DNA of 63,554 nucleotides, filler included, from Diploschistes diacapsis (GCA_023645945.1; 26 parts of 26 records of this genome joined end to end with filler, not necessarily neighbours in it), one strand, 5' to 3'. Shown: positions 12,229 to 23,918, counted from the whole stretch's first letter. The notes: generated by a model not told the origin, from the sequence alone. Program-made: numbers and translations.

Positions 12229-13376
12229 ATGAAGGCCGTCAACAACATCTCGCAGCAGCTCGAGGACATGACCCTCACAGTCCAGGGACGTACTCCCGAG
12301 ATCTTCGCTCATCGTCAGATTGTCACAGCATTCATATGTACTTTTCAAGGCAGCTCGTTCGAGGACTTCAGGGTCGCCATATTCAAGCGTAGTAATCACA
12401 CTCACTCCCATCAGTAAGCTCATCGTTACAAAAGCTTAACAATACTAGTTGTATACTAAGTTGCTCGGAGGGGACTGTGGGCTGGCATTTCTCGCACGCT
12501 CAAACCGGAAGAAACTGATCCGCTGGGCGTAGCATGGCATGAGGTGGAAGAAGCCACGAGCTTCGCCTGCGATGAATTGACTCTCCTCCACGCCGGCAAA
12601 CCTCACCGTCTCCTCGCCCCCGACCTCTCCAAAAGATGGACCGTCTTTCCATTCGCCTTCGTCCTCAAGCCCAACACTAAACCCCTCCACCTTCACTGGA
12701 AGCACACCGAACACCGCTTTGTCCAGCCTGAAGAGGTCGAAACCTACAACACCGTCCCCGACCTGGACATCACCCTCTGGCGCACCCTCACGGGCCCCGA
12801 CACCGCCGAGGGCCTCAAGGAGCTCCGTGAGGACCACTCCTCTGGCGCCCGTAGCCTCGCTACGAAGGCCGTGCGCATTCTACTCATTTCCGTGACCGGC
12901 GCTGACCTCGACTGGTCCTCCAACGTCGTCTCCTACTGGCGCGCCTTCCGGCTTGTCGCTTGGCACCTGGCCGTCAACGGGCGACCCTCCATGGGCGCCG
13001 CCATCGAACGCGCTGTCCTCCGAGCCGTGGTCCTCGCCTCTTCTGGGATCTCTAAAGTCTCCACCGTGGACGCAGCAAAGGAGGTCCTCATCGACGCCTG
13101 CATGCAGGCTCTGAAAGAGCGCGCCCTTGGCCGCGAGCGCGTCGCGCAGCAGTTCGTCTCCTACATCTCTCCCCTGGCCGCTTCGCAGCGAGCAGTCACC
13201 TTCCTCACCCTCTCCATCTCCTGCGCGAAGCTCTGCGTCCTCGAGTACGCGCGCCAGGCAAAGCACCAGGCCATCCACATCATCGTGCTCGAGTCGCGGC
13301 CCGGCTTCGAGGGCGTCCGCATGGCCCTCGACCTAAACCAGGCCATCCTCAGCCTCCTGGCCGCGGAACAACAGAC

Positions 13377-13408
<32 letters not shown>

Positions 13409-13956
13409 AACCGTCTCCGACAGCCAACGGTAGCATTCCCAGTAGTTTCCCGGCCCCAGCTTCAGCCTCAACCTCCGCCCCCCCAGCAAACCGCATTCGC
13501 ATCACGCTCGCCACAGACGCCAGCGTCGGCTGTCTCGCGCACGACGTCGACTTCGTGATACTGGGCTCCGACCGCATCAACCACTCGGGCGACGCCTCCA
13601 ACAAGGTCGGCTCGCTGTCCGCCGTGCTCACCACCCGCGCCATCAGCCGCAAGCCCGTGCAGGTGATTGTGGCGGCGGAAACGGAGAAGATCAGCCGCCG
13701 TGGCAGCCCGCACGACGCACTGGTCGAGAAGAACAATAGCGACGAGGTGGCGGCGGCGTGGCCGATCCGCGAGGAGGAGAAGCGCATGCTGGTCGGGTCT
13801 GGGGTGGTGGAGATTGTGAATATTTTTTTTGAATGGGTGGGCAGTCGCTACGTGGATGCGTACGTGACGGAGAGGGGCGTGATCAGGAGGGAGGATATCG
13901 TGAGGCAGTCGGAGGTGGCGGCGAGGGAGTGGGCGGAGGTTTTTGAGAATTTGTAG
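12229..13956 (+). CDS. Nudix-like plus eIF2B-alpha/MtnA-family (NagB/RpiA/CoA-transferase fold) fusion protein; intron 12414-12470
   Basis: N-terminus IVTAFI...VAIFKRS...GLWAGIS...WHEVEEATS...WKHTE is Nudix-like. C-terminus has DHSSGARSLA, GRPSMGAAI, VLESRPGFEG, VILGSDRI...NKVGS and NIFFEWV...YVTERG (IF-2B family). A polyQ/CAG run lies at 13381-13407. Confidence 0.85.
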
Positions 13957-14299
13957 GAAAGGTAGAGATGGAAGAGATGGGGTAAGGGTGTGTGCGTGTG
14001 TCACAGGCTTGCGCATTCTCTTGCTTTATCGATGCCTACAACCAGGCGTTTACTCGGTTTAAAAGCCACGGCATTTTAGCAACGACGCTTGGCTATTACG
14101 TTTGATGCAGTGCTTGCTAAAGATAAAATCTTTTACTTTCAGTTGTCCCTCAATGACTGCTAAGGCTGCTGAGCTTGATGAGACTGTTGGGGTATTCCAT
14201 GGTCAAACTCCTCCGTGATAGATCCCCTTTGGACGTTTCAGATGCTTGGTTCTCAAATAGCATCAGGCACTCTCAACCAAACACACCGCCCAAATCTCA

Positions 14300-15431
14300 T
14301 GCAGCAGAGCCACTCCGTTGTCTCCCGCGAAGGCTTGGAGGACAACGGCGGCTTCCGGTGGAACAAGTGCTGTTGGGTTCGCGTCCACTTCGGACACGAG
14401 GGCTTGACCTGCTGAAGCCTCTGGTAGCCCACTCTGCTGCTTCCCCCCAGCTTAACACGCACTGACGATTCTTCAGCCCAGCCACCGTGGATCTCCACTC
14501 TTTCCCGAGAGTATGCACACGTCCTCGGGTCGGATACGGTTCTCTAGAGCTGCGTCCGGTCTCTAGTGTCGGGGTTTCAGTCAGCTCAATGACCCATCGG
14601 CAGGCTCTAGACAACGCGTAATGGCCGTCATGTCGCCGTGTCTTCTGCGGCCACGGGAGTTCGTCGAAAGCTGCTCTCATGGCGCGATAGCAGCACTTGC
14701 CCTTGATGCTACGCATGCTTCCTTCACCGAGCTCGATAAGAAGTGGTTTCTTGTCGAGCTCGGGTTTCAAGTCTTGCGGAATGTCACACCCCTGAAAGCT
14801 CCTCGCTTCGCGTAAACCGCGATGCAGTCCAAGATCCGGCAACAGATGTAGCTGTATCATTGAGATGTCTAATATGTTCAAGTTTTCGAATAAGCGCAGC
14901 TGTCTGAAGAGTAGCCGCTCGCCACGCAGAAGGTTGAATATTCGGTCGAATCGCTCGCTAAGACCAGCCGTGGTTCGGACTGCAAGGTGGAAGCGTTGTG
15001 ATATAGCGATTCAACGATGATCTGGATGCTGTGGATAGACCTCGCATCATGGCGAAGCCAAACGATCATCTCTATATTCGTTAGTCTCTGATCGGCCCAT
15101 TCTGTTGACTGGATCATTAGCGATATAGCTCTCAAATCCAAGGGCTTCACTCCTTTCAGTATCAGACATCAGGGTAAAACCCAACGCTTTTGGGCATGGG
15201 ACGTCAACCTGGAAGGTGCAGTTGTCGTAGAACAATTGTATACACTCGGAAGCAATCTGACGACAAGTTGACGGTAGGGCGAATACGAATTCCGAGCAGG
15301 ATTACATATACTCTAGTGACGTTGCCTGGAAAGGTAGCGCAAAAGGACCATATCAGGTCTCGAATCTCACACGATAAAGTGAATATATGGACGCGTCTAG
15401 GAGAAAGCCCGCCTCTGATTCTTAGAATCAT
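14300..15431 (-). pseudogene. Frameshifted F-box-like hypothetical gene
   Basis: HIFTLSCEIRDLIWSF resembles the fungal LPxEIRxxIY motif, followed by FYDNCTF. The coding-like text continues through four successive partial ORFs in different frames. Confidence 0.4.
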
Positions 15432-15924
15432 TGGACCAATCTTTCCGAAGCATGTGAAGCATCTTTTCGAGCATTTTTTCGGACCCCTACGGAGCTTTCT
15501 TAGGGCCTAATTAGACCCCTTATAAAATATCTCCGATATAACAGTTGCTCGAAAGCCCTCGTTTGAAATATTATTTAAATACGGTATTGGGTAATATTGT
15601 GTTACAACTATTAGTCTAATACGGCTTGGAGCTGCCACATGTCATGACCAAAATAGAATCAGATATAAGTATAGAAATTAGCCTTCACACAAAGTATTGA
15701 TCTTAAATAATACTTCAAGTATTATAATATCTCATATTGCGACACATCATCGAAATTTTAGTAATGATTATTTCGTATACACCACTACCCCGTATTAACT
15801 TAAGTCGAGATGTGTTGTTTGTGGTGTGGAAGGTGCCGTTCGTAGCGCCGAGAGTTGTCGTAGCAACTAGGTGGGGTCCAGGATGCCAAAGCCTGGAGTG
15901 AAGAATATTGGAATATTCGGAAGG

Positions 15925-16135
15925 TGGCAGCAGTGGATTTCGAACCCACGACCTTTCGTTTCGCCATAAGTATTATTTAATTTACAAAACTTTAAATTAA
16001 TTATTTTTAAAGATATTTGAATATTTATTATTATATTAATTTTGTTATTGTATCACGTGCTCGGGTACTAGGGTTTGTTGCTGTGAAAGCGCTGCTACGC
16101 GCTGCGCTGCAATGGCGAAACAAGAGCATGCTGCC
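15925..16135 (-). ncRNA. tRNA-like element: acceptor stem and T-arm, no D-arm, 10-bp helix enclosing a 144-nt insert
   Basis: Minus strand reads GGCAGCA...GTTTCGCCAT-(144 nt)-ATGGCGAAAC-GAAAGGTC-GTGGG-TTCGAAA-TCCAC-TGCTGCC-A. The 7-bp acceptor pairing is perfect, and the T-loop/B-box is GGTTCGAAATCC. Confidence 0.55.
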
Positions 16136-16553
16136 TACAGTAGGTACTAGGCTCCTATGACTGTAAGACTCAAAAACCATTCTTCTCCTACCAGAGGAGA
16201 TGCTATATGTGGGCCGCTCTACCTGCTGCTGCCTGAGAATATCACGAAGGAATGGATAGTTTGCTGTGGCATTCCTACATATTAACGGGCATTGCCTTCC
16301 ATTCCTTCTTTACACTACAATGATCATTCTAAGTCCATAATATATAACAGGTAACGTGACAGGTTATCTTCGAAAAGCCTCCCCTCAGACTTACGCTCGA
16401 TAAGCCGGTAGGAACCCTATTTGGTTGTAGCTTCCCTTAGTCACTAACCGGTTTATCTTATCTTATTTCTTCTTCGTATTCTATTCGCAATACCTGCTCT
16501 GAAGCTGATCTTTGCCCTTTACAGTTTCTGGGGTGATTGCAATCGGGTGGATA

Positions 16554-17714
16554 ATGGCCGTACAAGCCCCAAAACCGGGTGCTTTAGACTTCGAGCCTCA
16601 AACACAGTCGCCATTGTTCTCGAAGATACCAGGAGAGATACGTAATTTAATATATCTGTTCGCTCTTTGCGAATACGAGGATCCAAATGATGCATATTCC
16701 GCAGACACCTGCTACAAAAGACCAGGCTACTTTGCGCGACGGCGGATCGACACGTCCCTACTCAGGACCTGTCAGAAGGTGCATGAAGAAGCATGGTTCG
16801 TCCCGTGGACTTCTCTCGAGCACATCCTCTTCTTCACTAGCGCCAGTCGCAGGCCAGAGCGCTACACAACTCAGGAGCAGCTTGCGAAAACCCTTGCCAA
16901 GATCCACAGCATGCACGGCGAAGAAGCAACTGTAATAACCCACGTCCGTTTGTTCCCACAGCTATACCTTCTCGAGAACGGTAAAAACCTCGCCGAGCTA
17001 CTGGCGATCCCCCATTTCAACCCGACCTACTTCACAATTACCCTCCGCCACACAGACTGGTGGCTCTGGGAGAACGACGAACCGCTCCGCATCGCCAGCG
17101 GCTTCGTGAACTCATGCAAGTTCCCTAACAGCGTGACAGAAATCCGCCTGGAGCTCGAAAGCATCGAGCGCCGCCGGCCGCAGATCCAAGACATCGCAGC
17201 GCAGATGGAAAGTAAGTGGGTTTTCCGGCGACGTGACGACAAGGCCCTCGTGGCCGTGCAGGGCAGCGAAAACGAAGTCATGAGATGGGAAGGCAGCTCG
17301 ACGTGGAACAACCAGCGCTGGCTGCGCGACGAGACCAAGCCCGACACGCTGTTGTACTACATGCAGACAGTGCGCTTCCGCGTCGATCCCGACAGCGATC
17401 TCGAGGCTAGGCCGCACACCTCGCCGGAGCTCCGCGTCATGGGGTATAAGAAGCAGCATCACGCCCACGCTTCGACCAGGGCAGACGAGCTAGCGGACCG
17501 CGGCATCGGGCCCGGCTTCTCGGCGGATGAGGTCTGGGAGCTTCTGGACAAGTATCGGCGGCGCTGCCAGTGCGCTCTTTGGAAACGGCTGTGTTGTGGG
17601 ACGGGGCTCGGGGCCAGATGGGCGCGTGTTGGCTCTCAATCTCCGTATTGTCAGAATTGTCTGGTACGTTGCTTGGAAGTCCTCTTGATGATCTTGTTTG
17701 TCGGGACTTGCTAA
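16554..17714 (+). CDS. Conserved fungal hypothetical protein with an N-terminal F-box-like motif
   Basis: The 386-aa ORF from ATG 16554 contains QSPLFSKIPGEIRNLIYLFAL, YKRPGY, LLRTCQ, ITLRHTDWWLWE and LELES. The true C-terminus is uncertain. Confidence 0.75.
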   Translation: MAVQAPKPGALDFEPQTQSPLFSKIPGEIRNLIYLFALCEYEDPNDAYSADTCYKRPGYFARRRIDTSLLRTCQKVHEEAWFVPWTSLEHILFFTSASRRPERYTTQEQLAKTLAKIHSMHGEEATVITHVRLFPQLYLLENGKNLAELLAIPHFNPTYFTITLRHTDWWLWENDEPLRIASGFVNSCKFPNSVTEIRLELESIERRRPQIQDIAAQMESKWVFRRRDDKALVAVQGSENEVMRWEGSSTWNNQRWLRDETKPDTLLYYMQTVRFRVDPDSDLEARPHTSPELRVMGYKKQHHAHASTRADELADRGIGPGFSADEVWELLDKYRRRCQCALWKRLCCGTGLGARWARVGSQSPYCQNCLVRCLEVLLMILFVGTC

Positions 17715-17871
17715 CTTCTCGCAATAGATTGGCGGATGCGGTGGTGTTCGGGAACTTGGAAAGCAGATATCGTCATTGGGGGGATCGAAAGGATGAGACC
17801 GCACACTGGCACCTGGAACAAGCTTGCTCGGTGAACCGTTTGCCTTAGGAGCACTACCTGCGCCGCTCCTT

Positions 17872-17930
17872 CTCCACATATAATATGTCTGCCAAGCCGT
17901 TTAGCTCATATCTAGTTCCCATAGTAATTT
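17872..17930 (+). repeat. 59-bp dispersed repeat, second copy at 47442-47500 on another contig
   Basis: The copies are 53/59 identical (CTCCACATA...GCCAAG..GTTTAGCTCATATC.AGTTCCCATAGTAATTT), and 5 of the 6 differences are transitions. Confidence 0.85.
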
Positions 17931-18253
17931 GTATGCATTGCATTGCCTCAAAACTCAGACCCTAAAAACTTGCGCCAGGCTTCGCGGGCGCCAGAGCCTA
18001 AGCCCTTTCGGATTGGCATTCCCGCTAAAACCTATTCTACTGTGCTATAAACTTTACACTAGTACCTTTTCGGATTCCTATTCACCCATACGCAGATTAA
18101 ATGTCAGCCCTACAGAGTTTGTATGAAGGTGCGAGTCAAACTGGAATTCAGGGCGATATGTGAAACCATAACGGCCTGCTGTGAAGCTTGCTAAGCTTCC
18201 GCTCTTGATCTGGTTCTCGAATTGAGCTACTGGATGGAATTGAAACTTCCAGC

Positions 18254-21200
18254 ATGGAGTCCAGGGCCCCTTCATCAACGTTCTGTTTACACGCCGAAAC
18301 CCGTGTGAACCTAGATCCATGTGCATCATCAACCATAGTTCAATTGCAACTCCCTTCGACAAGCGCTTTCGCTCGCTCCTCGCACATCCAAAGGAAAGTC
18401 CTCGATAGTCTGCCTATCTGTAGGAATGAAGATGAATTCAAAACAAGATATCTTGCCAGTTCTAGCTCTGTTTATTTTCGAGGCGCAAATCGATACCCAC
18501 GGAGCATCTTATGGCGCTGTGTCGACGGCGATCGGTCGCTAGAGCTTCGCTCTCTAGATTTGAACAAAGGTGAAGAGGAGGGCAGAGATGCCAAGATCAT
18601 TATTAGGATAGGCTTTCCTTCGACCATTCGCAATCACGGTGTCGCTATTGCAGAATCCGCGGAGGAGGACCTGATCAGCGTCTTTGTCTTGACGAGCAAT
18701 AACGACCTCTACACGTTATCATTGCGGCCAGCCTTTTTCTGTAAACTTATAGGTTCGCAAGATGATACTGACCGCTGGTGCAAGGTTTTTAGACCCTCTT
18801 CGCTTGCAATTAGCAATTTCTACCGATTGACCGCCTGTGGAGCCTACTCACTCCTTGTTGCTCTTGTAGATGGCCGTCTGGTCCATCTCACCCGGAAGTC
18901 AGGAGATGATGGATCTTTTTGGAATGAGGCAGCATATAGTGATGGACAATGGGTATCTTCACTTAAAGGGTTACTACGCTGGCAAGGGAGAAATACTGTT
19001 CGGTACAAAGGGGACTTCTTGCAGCACAATACTGTCATCAATGCTACGCTGTCACCGGACGGAAGTCATTTAGTAGCTGTTGGGCTGAATCACTCTCTGA
19101 GGTTTTGGAACCTAGAGAGTGGACAGGTAACGGTCTCGAAAGATCTCCTGGATGTCCAGAGAGAACCCCAAGATGTGGCCAGGTTCATGCTTAATCCTGG
19201 GGTCTCCAAGGTTTTGACAGTCTTCGAGACGCAATCAGCCTATGAGGGAGACTTATACTATGCAATTACCTTCTCCCCACACACTTCTGGTTTATTCAAA
19301 GTGTGGGGAGTTCGAGACGCAGATCACGTTGAATCTGGCGTTCGGGATTTATTCTCCGATGAGACCCTCCGAGTACCCGATCCTGATGACGGAGCTTTAT
19401 GGACAATGTCAGACTTCCAAGTCAAGGGCGATCCTACGAATGCTGGGCTTGACCTGTGGATTCTAATGCGTCTGAACCGTCGCTACAAGCTCTATCATCG
19501 ACAGTTTTCAGAACTGCCGGCGCTCGGGAGTGAATGGCAGTATGGCTGGTCCGCTATCGCTATCGATCCCGCTAGCAATGAGCCATCGAACGAAGTCCCT
19601 CTAAAAATATCAGATCTTGACTCTTATGGCGTGTCGGACATATGGCTCGAATTTCTTACCATTCCAGGCCGGATTCCAGAAGCTGTTCTCGAGACGGCAC
19701 TGGAAACTTACATCGATGCTCGAGAAGTGATTAGATCTAGAAATGAGCAATTGCCCCTAAGAGAGCGGATTGCTATGACGGTAGGCTCCAGAGCCCATCT
19801 ACAAGAACAAGGTGATCTTGCTGTCGGTGCTTTTCAGGATAGTCTACAAAAAGAATGGCAAAGCTTCTGGAACACGATACTGGAAATCGAGCATCTCCGA
19901 TGGGATCCTCTCTCACTGGCTCTTGATAAGCATTGTGATATGCCTCATATCATCTTTGCAGACGGATGCTCAGTTGTTCGCGAATTCGGTGAGCTTGAGA
20001 CTCTAACGTACAACAGACCTAAAGACTTGATTAGAAGTCAAAGTCGATCCTTGATGCAGTCAATTGAGATGGACGGAAGCTCCGTTGCATCGCGGTCCCT
20101 GGAGGAGCTTTCCACGATCATCAACGCGGCTGCCAAGTTCCGGTCCGAGTTCTCAGCCTCGCTATTGCTTTCCTGTAAGCATGCTTTGCAAACCGAACTA
20201 TGGCTGGACTCATCCTTTTCCGTGCCCGAGAGAATGCAAAGCTTCTACGACCGGTGTAATTTCGAAGTCGAGGTTGGAGATCGAGCGTATAACCATCTGA
20301 CTTCACACCTCAAAAGCGTCCGGGGGTTTAACGCGCTTACCACTAACGTTTTTCTATCAATTATTGAGTTGTTCCCCAAGGAAATGCCACCGGCTTCGCG
20401 CCTGTCCTCTACTTCCTTTGGTTTGAAGGCTCTCGTAAAAGGAACACAGGACATGGTCGGCTTGCAGTCACGAGTTCTCACGGATTTATTATACCTGCTC
20501 GTTTTCGCCGACGTGGAGGTAGATAGGGAGGAATTCAGTATGGAGAACCTCGACTCTTCGCTAGTTTTCTCCGAGCTCCTGGAACAAATACGCCACAGCC
20601 AACTAGCTTCTTGGTTGGGCACACATACCCGATCGAGTACCCGGAGAAGCGCGGAGGAAAACATGCCCACCGGCCCTGGAAGGAGCACAACGCCTATTTA
20701 TCAGGCCACTATATTAGAGGATGTCTTCGCGGGGGACATAAAGCCACAGTCATACATGACGCAGAGTCAAAGCTTTGCCTTCACGCAAACTATACAGGAC
20801 CTTCTAACTTATATGTCGGGCGCCAATCAAGTCACGCTGGACAAGGTACTCGTGAGCATCCAATGCAATTTGCTTAAACACGGAAACATCGACCTAGCCT
20901 CGTCGTTTGCGCAGTTCCAGCCATCCACGGCCTGGGCGACATACATACGTGGGCGTCTGAGTCTGGAGAAACACGAGTACACAGAGGCAGCACGCTACTT
21001 TAAGAAAGCTGCCTTCAAACTTTGTAAGCCCAACCGCTCCACCTCTTCTAAAACAGGTTTCTCTGACAGCTCGACACTAGCTCGTCCCACCCCACCATCC
21101 TCCGAATACTCCTTCGCCTCGTCCTCCCTCCTTGACCCCCTAACCGCCTCTTTCCTCGCGAGCGGCCTCCCAAACTACTACACGCACATCATCAATCTCC

Positions 21201-21548
21201 TCTCCCCACACCGCGCGCACTCCCACATCTGCGCCTTCGCCCAGCTCGCCCTCCAACACTGCCACCCCTCCCAAGCCCACAGCAACCATCAAAACCAAAC
21301 CCAACCTCACTCCCACTCCCAACGCACCGATCTCCTCTCCCGCCTCTTCCGCTCCTCCCTCGCCCTGCACGACCACCCAACCGCCTTCTCAGCCCTAACC
21401 CGCCACACAGACCCGGCCCTCCGAAAATCCTCCCTCTCCGCCCTCGTGACCAGCATGATCTCCAACAACGCTATCGAAGACCTCCTCTCCCTCCCCCTCC
21501 CCGGCAAACTGCAGAAGGACCTCGACGACATCCTCTCGTCGCACGCCC
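18254..21548 (+). CDS. NUP120: Nucleoporin Nup120/Nup160, 3'-truncated by the contig end; probable intron 21024-21080
   Basis: ORF over 1090 aa with an N-terminal beta-propeller region (YPRSILWR, LNHSLRFWNL, FKVWGV) and a helical region (TAWATYIRGRL...YFKKAAF, YYTHII, LLSRLF), typical of fungal Nup120. Confidence 0.88.
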
Positions 21549-21648
21549 NNNNNNNNNNNNNNNNNNNNNNNNNNNNNNNNNNNNNNNNNNNNTTAATTAA
21601 TTAANNNNNNNNNNNNNNNNNNNNNNNNNNNNNNNNNNNNNNNNNNNN

Positions 21649-22082
21649 AGATTTTAAATAATTTGGCCATACAACGGCTAGTTTTCGCTTAATCTAAATT
21701 TTCTAAGATGACTGAAAAATGATGAAAAGGGTCACACAACGACCGTATAACGTCGGAAAAATGTTTTTTTCATTTTTATTAAACTTTACGCATAAAACCA
21801 CTCGTAATCATATATTTAAATAAAATATATTTTGCTTGGTGAAAGCAGATTTTAAAAGATTCGAAAATCCGTTTTTTCGAGACCTCATTCTTAATTCGCT
21901 AAAAAAAGTTAACTGACGACGTAATCACTGTGCACTTATTACGTATGATAGATAATTGATTAAAAAGTAATATTTTGAAACAAAAATATCGATTATTTTT
22001 GAAGAATTAATTGAAGATTTAAACTATTTCTTGGCAAAAGTTGCCGGAATATGGGGGTGGCCGGAATCCCCGTCAAACACGT
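21649..22082. mobile_element. Family A terminus, second copy of 1-444
   Basis: Same subterminal sequence and TIR, ending AAACACGT plus TA. Confidence 0.8.
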
Positions 22083-22783
22083 TATAAAGATTAATCCTCT
22101 GTAATAGAAATAAAAATGATCGAATGAATTTATCGGTTCAATTAAACTTCGATGATTATTAAGTAATCGAGTAGGTTCAGCGGCGGTACAGTTAAAGATC
22201 GATAATTAACGAAGGAATCTAATAGATCCAACCGCGAGGATAACGGTTTAACTAGATTTTAAAGATTGATAAAAGATCGATGAGATTTAACAACGATTTA
22301 GCTACATTTCGATTATTATCGAGAAAGAAAAGGATTCGGAGGTTTTTCGGTGATTTATATAGATATTATCTAGATCTAATTATTTCTTATTTAGGTCTAC
22401 CTTAAGCCAACGTATTAAGATCTCGCGTTTTTTTTAAATAATATAATTTCTATCTTTAAATTAACCTATCCTAGGATTTTATAAATTAGATTTTAAACTT
22501 TCGAATCTCTACGATTTAAACCTTCTTTAAGCTACTGTAATCGATACCCGTGCTCGTAACCGTTCCAATTATCAGAAAGACTTATCTCTAATATTCTAAT
22601 ACACGAAATAATTCTTAAGTAGGCGAGCCCGGGCTTATAACCTATGAAACAACGTAATGGATTTATTAAAGTCTAAAGATCTTNNNNNNNNNNNNNNNNN
22701 NNNNNNNNNNNNNNNNNNNNNNNNNNNTTAATTAATTAANNNNNNNNNNNNNNNNNNNNNNNNNNNNNNNNNNNNNNNNNNNN

Positions 22784-22913
22784 GTCTTCCAAACCTTCTA
22801 CTCATCACATGACCCGCGTCATCCTAATTAGACTATATACAAGGAATGGTTGGGAAGTGCCCGACTAGCTATTGCGTGCCAAGTACTACCGCCTAGTACC
22901 TTGGATCGTAACA
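22784..22913 (-). mobile_element. LTR terminus (TGTTACGATCC-type) inserted in a Copia gag relic
   Basis: Ends GGATCGTAACA. Related LTR starts lie at 57613, 62053 and 63181. Confidence 0.65.
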
Positions 22914-23546
22914 AAAGTACGACTATTTAAGAAATATGAATATATTTATTAAAACTGTTAAAGAAGCTATCGTATAAACAAAAAAAATACGCCCTAAAGG
23001 TTCCCTTTTAATAACTACTTGCAATACTACCGTCTAACTACGGAATCATTATCGACGCTATTAATACCCAAACCGATAGTATTTCATCCGTTAATATCGA
23101 CTTCGATAAGTAATTTAACAGGCTTACCGATAAATAAGATAAGCTGATAGAAGAAATTATAGCATATTTCTTGCGTTATAAAAGATTATAGTATTTTAGG
23201 GGCTTCCGTTCCTAAAAACGATCCGACGAAAAACGACGCCGTCATTCTAGCCTAAAAAAAGGATATCTATTTTATAATGCCGATGATTATCGCGCAATAC
23301 GATACAAGCTCGCTAAAGAGTTTAAAAAATTAATCATCGTAGCAAAAGACAAGAAGCGGGAAAAAAAAAGAATCCCGAGATATCCGCGACAAGAAAGGCA
23401 AGAACAAGCGCGCCTATAATATAGAAAGTTCAGACGATAAAAGATTAAAAAGTTCGGAATCTGAATCTGAACCTGAACTTCAATCATATAATAATGAAGT
23501 TGGTAATATAGTTAAAAACGTTATTATTAAAAGTAAGATTATTTTA
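22914..23546 (+). pseudogene. RIP-damaged retrotransposon gag region with a degenerate CCHC knuckle; second copy 56878-57610
   Basis: The 57300 copy reads GCLFYNGDDYRAIRYKLAKEF, consistent with a CxxC...H...C knuckle after C>T/G>A changes. Confidence 0.6.
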
Positions 23547-23818
23547 CATCACGAAAAGTTTTTCAAGCAAAAAAAAATTTCTGGCGAAACTGACGAAACC
23601 TGGCGAAACTGGCGAAACTGGCGAAACCGGCGAAGGTGGCGAGGCCAATCTTTTTTATTACGTAATCAGAAAATAAAAAAGCATTTTTTTAATATTTTAA
23701 AAGAAAAAAATTTCGAAAAAAATATTAAAAAATTCGCTAATTTAGTGCCGGATAACTAGCGTCGAAAACTCGCTAAAGATCTCACGCCGCGAATATCAAC
23801 GCTTACGTAATATAAAAT
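23547..23818. mobile_element. hAT-like family C terminus (TIR CATCACGAAAAGTTTTT plus tandem GGCGAAACT subterminal repeats)
   Basis: The same TIR and 9-bp repeats occur at ~29211, 31040-31246 (-), 55830-56015 (-) and 58573. The superfamily is inferred from architecture only. Confidence 0.65.
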
Positions 23819-23918
23819 NNNNNNNNNNNNNNNNNNNNNNNNNNNNNNNNNNNNNNNNNNNNTTAATTAATTAANNNNNNNNNNNNNNNNNNNNNNNNNN
23901 NNNNNNNNNNNNNNNNNN

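Noticed and set aside
12880..14016. Several long antisense ORFs over the Nudix-eIF2B gene (and likewise over GH45 and the GPI gene)
   Set aside because: These are GC-rich shadow frames of well-supported plus-strand genes.
16062..16076. GGGTACTAGGGTTTG as telomere repeat or telomerase template
   Set aside because: It is a single imperfect unit with no tandem TTAGGG array or full template.
15925..16135. Interpretation as a true tmRNA or selenocysteine tRNA
   Set aside because: There is no G3:U70 alanine identity, no SsrA-like tag, and no Sec-type long acceptor or D-stem. It is kept only as a tRNA-like element.
3408..21548. Starship or other giant-transposon cargo region
   Set aside because: No DUF3435 tyrosine-recombinase captain or typical accessory genes were recognised, and the contig carries the core genes RAD51 and NUP120.
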